Assembly: GCF_009914755.1 (NCBI RefSeq)
Contig: NC_060925.1
DNA: 64,000 nt
Strand: one strand, 5' to 3'
Origin: the human T2T-CHM13v2.0 reference genome, Homo sapiens
Part shown: piece by piece, positions 62,322 to 64,000 of the stretch
How positions within the stretch are numbered: position 1 is the stretch's first letter
Layout of the letters: each line of letters opens with the position of its first letter
Notes under the pieces: generated by a model
Told to the model about the DNA's origin: nothing
Seen by the model: the letters and a program-made list of their open reading frames with translations, nothing else
The model's database searches: none
Translations under genes and position numbers: made by a program

Positions 62322-62990
62322 GTTTCTTCTTGCCTCTCAGCTTCCAACTTCCCCGTGAGTGCCTGCTCCTTGATGGACTGGACTCTAAGCCCTTCTTTGC
62401 AGCAAGCACGATATCAAGCTTTGTCAGTAGAGGGCGCCGGAGGGACACTGTGGAGGAAGGGGCCTTTTCATGGTCCACAGAGCTCTGTTGTGCAATTTCT
62501 TGTTCCTGTTGCATCTTCTCTTAGGGTATGAACGCGGGGGGACATCCTCTGGGGCTTTTCCTCAGCTGTGCACCCAGAATGCATGGTCCCTCGACCACCT
62601 CATAGCCCATCCTGAGCCCAGTGCCCATCTTGCTGTGGTCCAGCCCACACCTCCACCTGCACGTGCACACCACTCTCTCTCCTGTGCCCAGAGAGGTGTT
62701 TCCTGCCTGCCAGCCTGACCTGCATCTATGAACCAGCACCTCTGGGACCCAATACCTTCTCTGCCATTCAAGGGGCTGCAGCCACAGACATCCAGCGAAG
62801 TCAGGACCCCAGCCTCGGGGGCGGGTCCTTCCAAGGTTGTCTTCTTCAGCCCTAGGGTGCTGTTCCGATTCTTCCTGACATCATTTTAGGCACTCTTCTA
62901 TCATAGTTTAATAATTATGTATAGAAAATGTCTCCTATTCAGATCACTGTGTGGTTTCTGTGTCTTTATTGAAATCTGATGGACTGATCC
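62322..62990 (+). mobile_element. ERVL-class solo LTR, LTR41-like, carrying a CTCF-like motif
   Basis: GCACGATATCAAGCTTTGTCAGTAGAGGGCGCCGGAGGGACACTG resembles recalled LTR41 consensus. Confidence 0.55.
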
Positions 62991-63433
62991 CCAGGAAGAC
63001 CCCTCAGGCACCCTGGAGAGAATGGAAGCTCCCTAATCCAAAGAGTGAGTGTGAGTCCATCTCAGTCACCGTGTGTCTGCTGCATGGCTGAGGCCACGTG
63101 ACTGCACCTCCCTGGGCTCAGTTTGCTCACCCAGGAAATGCGGAGAAAGCTTCCTTCTCCAATGGATGCTGAGACTGCGAAATGAGACCATGCATATGAA
63201 GCACAGAGCATGGGGCCAGGTACCTGCCGGTGTTCAAGATGGTAGAACTGCACCTTCGTAAGTGTGGTGGGCATCACATGGGACAGTGTGTGGAGTGACC
63301 GGCATGGGGCCTGGGGGGAAGTGGAGGCTCAAAACCCAACCTCCCTCCCTCTCTCCCTCCTGTCCTCCTTCTCTCCCAGGACACCCCTCCCTCAGGCCCC
63401 CAAGGCTCTAGTTTCTCTCCCCAAGTCCCCCTG

Positions 63434-63947
63434 TGTGGTGGTTAATACTGAGTGTCAACTTGATTGGATCGAAGATGCAAAGTATTGATCCTGGGTGTGT
63501 CTGTGAGGGTGTTGCCAAAGGAGATTAACATTTGAGTCAGTGGGCTGCAGAAGGCAGACCCACCCTTAATCTGGTGGGCACCATCTAATCAGCTGCCAGC
63601 GAATATACAGCAGGAAGAAAAACGTGAAAAGGTGAGACTGGCCTAGGTTCCCAGCCTACGTCTTTCTCCCGTGCTAGATGCTTCCTGCCCTCGAACATCA
63701 GACTCCAAGTTCTTCAGTTTTGAGACTTAGACAGGTTCTCCTTGCTCCTCAAGCTTGCAGACGGCCTATTGTGGGACCTTGTGATCATGTAAGTTAATTT
63801 ATATATATATATATATATGTATATATATAAAATATATATATGTATATATATAAAATATATATGTATATATATAAAATATATATATACATATGTGTATATA
63901 TATATCTCCGATTAGTTCTGTCCCTCTAGAGAACCCTGACTAATACA
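63434..63947 (+). mobile_element. HERV-L 5' LTR (MLT2A1-like)
   Basis: TGTGGTGGTTAATACTGAGTGTCAACTTGATTGGAT...internal (TA)n...TTCTGTCCCTCTAGAGAACCCTGACTAATACA. Confidence 0.92.
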
Positions 63948-64000
63948 GATTTTGGTACCAGGAGTGGTTCTAGAGGAACAGAATATTAAGGATGGAGTTT
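63948..64000 (+). mobile_element. HERV-L internal leader with tRNA-Leu primer binding site (continues beyond window)
   Basis: GATTTTGGTACCAGGAGTGGTTCTAGAGG directly after the LTR; TGGTACCAGGAGTGG (63953-63967) is complementary to the tRNA-Leu(TAA) 3' end. Confidence 0.88.

Overview
Mammalian genomic DNA, primate and probably human (AluJ/AluS, L1PA, MLT2A/HERV-L present). The window is intergenic or intronic, with no intact protein-coding gene. Nearly all ORFs in the supplied track are chance ORFs or repeat-derived. Roughly half of it is transposable-element debris: 9 Alus, many MIR/L2, several L1M blocks, MaLR/ERVL LTRs and hAT/Tigger MITEs, ending in an MLT2A-type LTR that runs into the HERV-L leader. 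The most informative non-repeat signal is an orphan, frameshifted copy of the juxtamembrane exon of the receptor phosphatase PTPRU (minus strand, 52641-52793). It retains both splice sites, so it arose by DNA-level duplication. Other notable items are a ~2 kb AT-rich minisatellite of palindromic units containing a perfect 46-bp-arm inverted repeat, a near-consensus REST/RE1 site beside an RFX motif, a small orphan CpG island, a candidate non-coding exon, several homeodomain/POU/SOX motif clusters, four short locally paired duplications, and two tailless retroelement fragments suggestive of break repair. I found no convincing new multi-gene system. Repeat subfamily names and the PTPRU match come from recalled consensus sequences and need confirmation by search.
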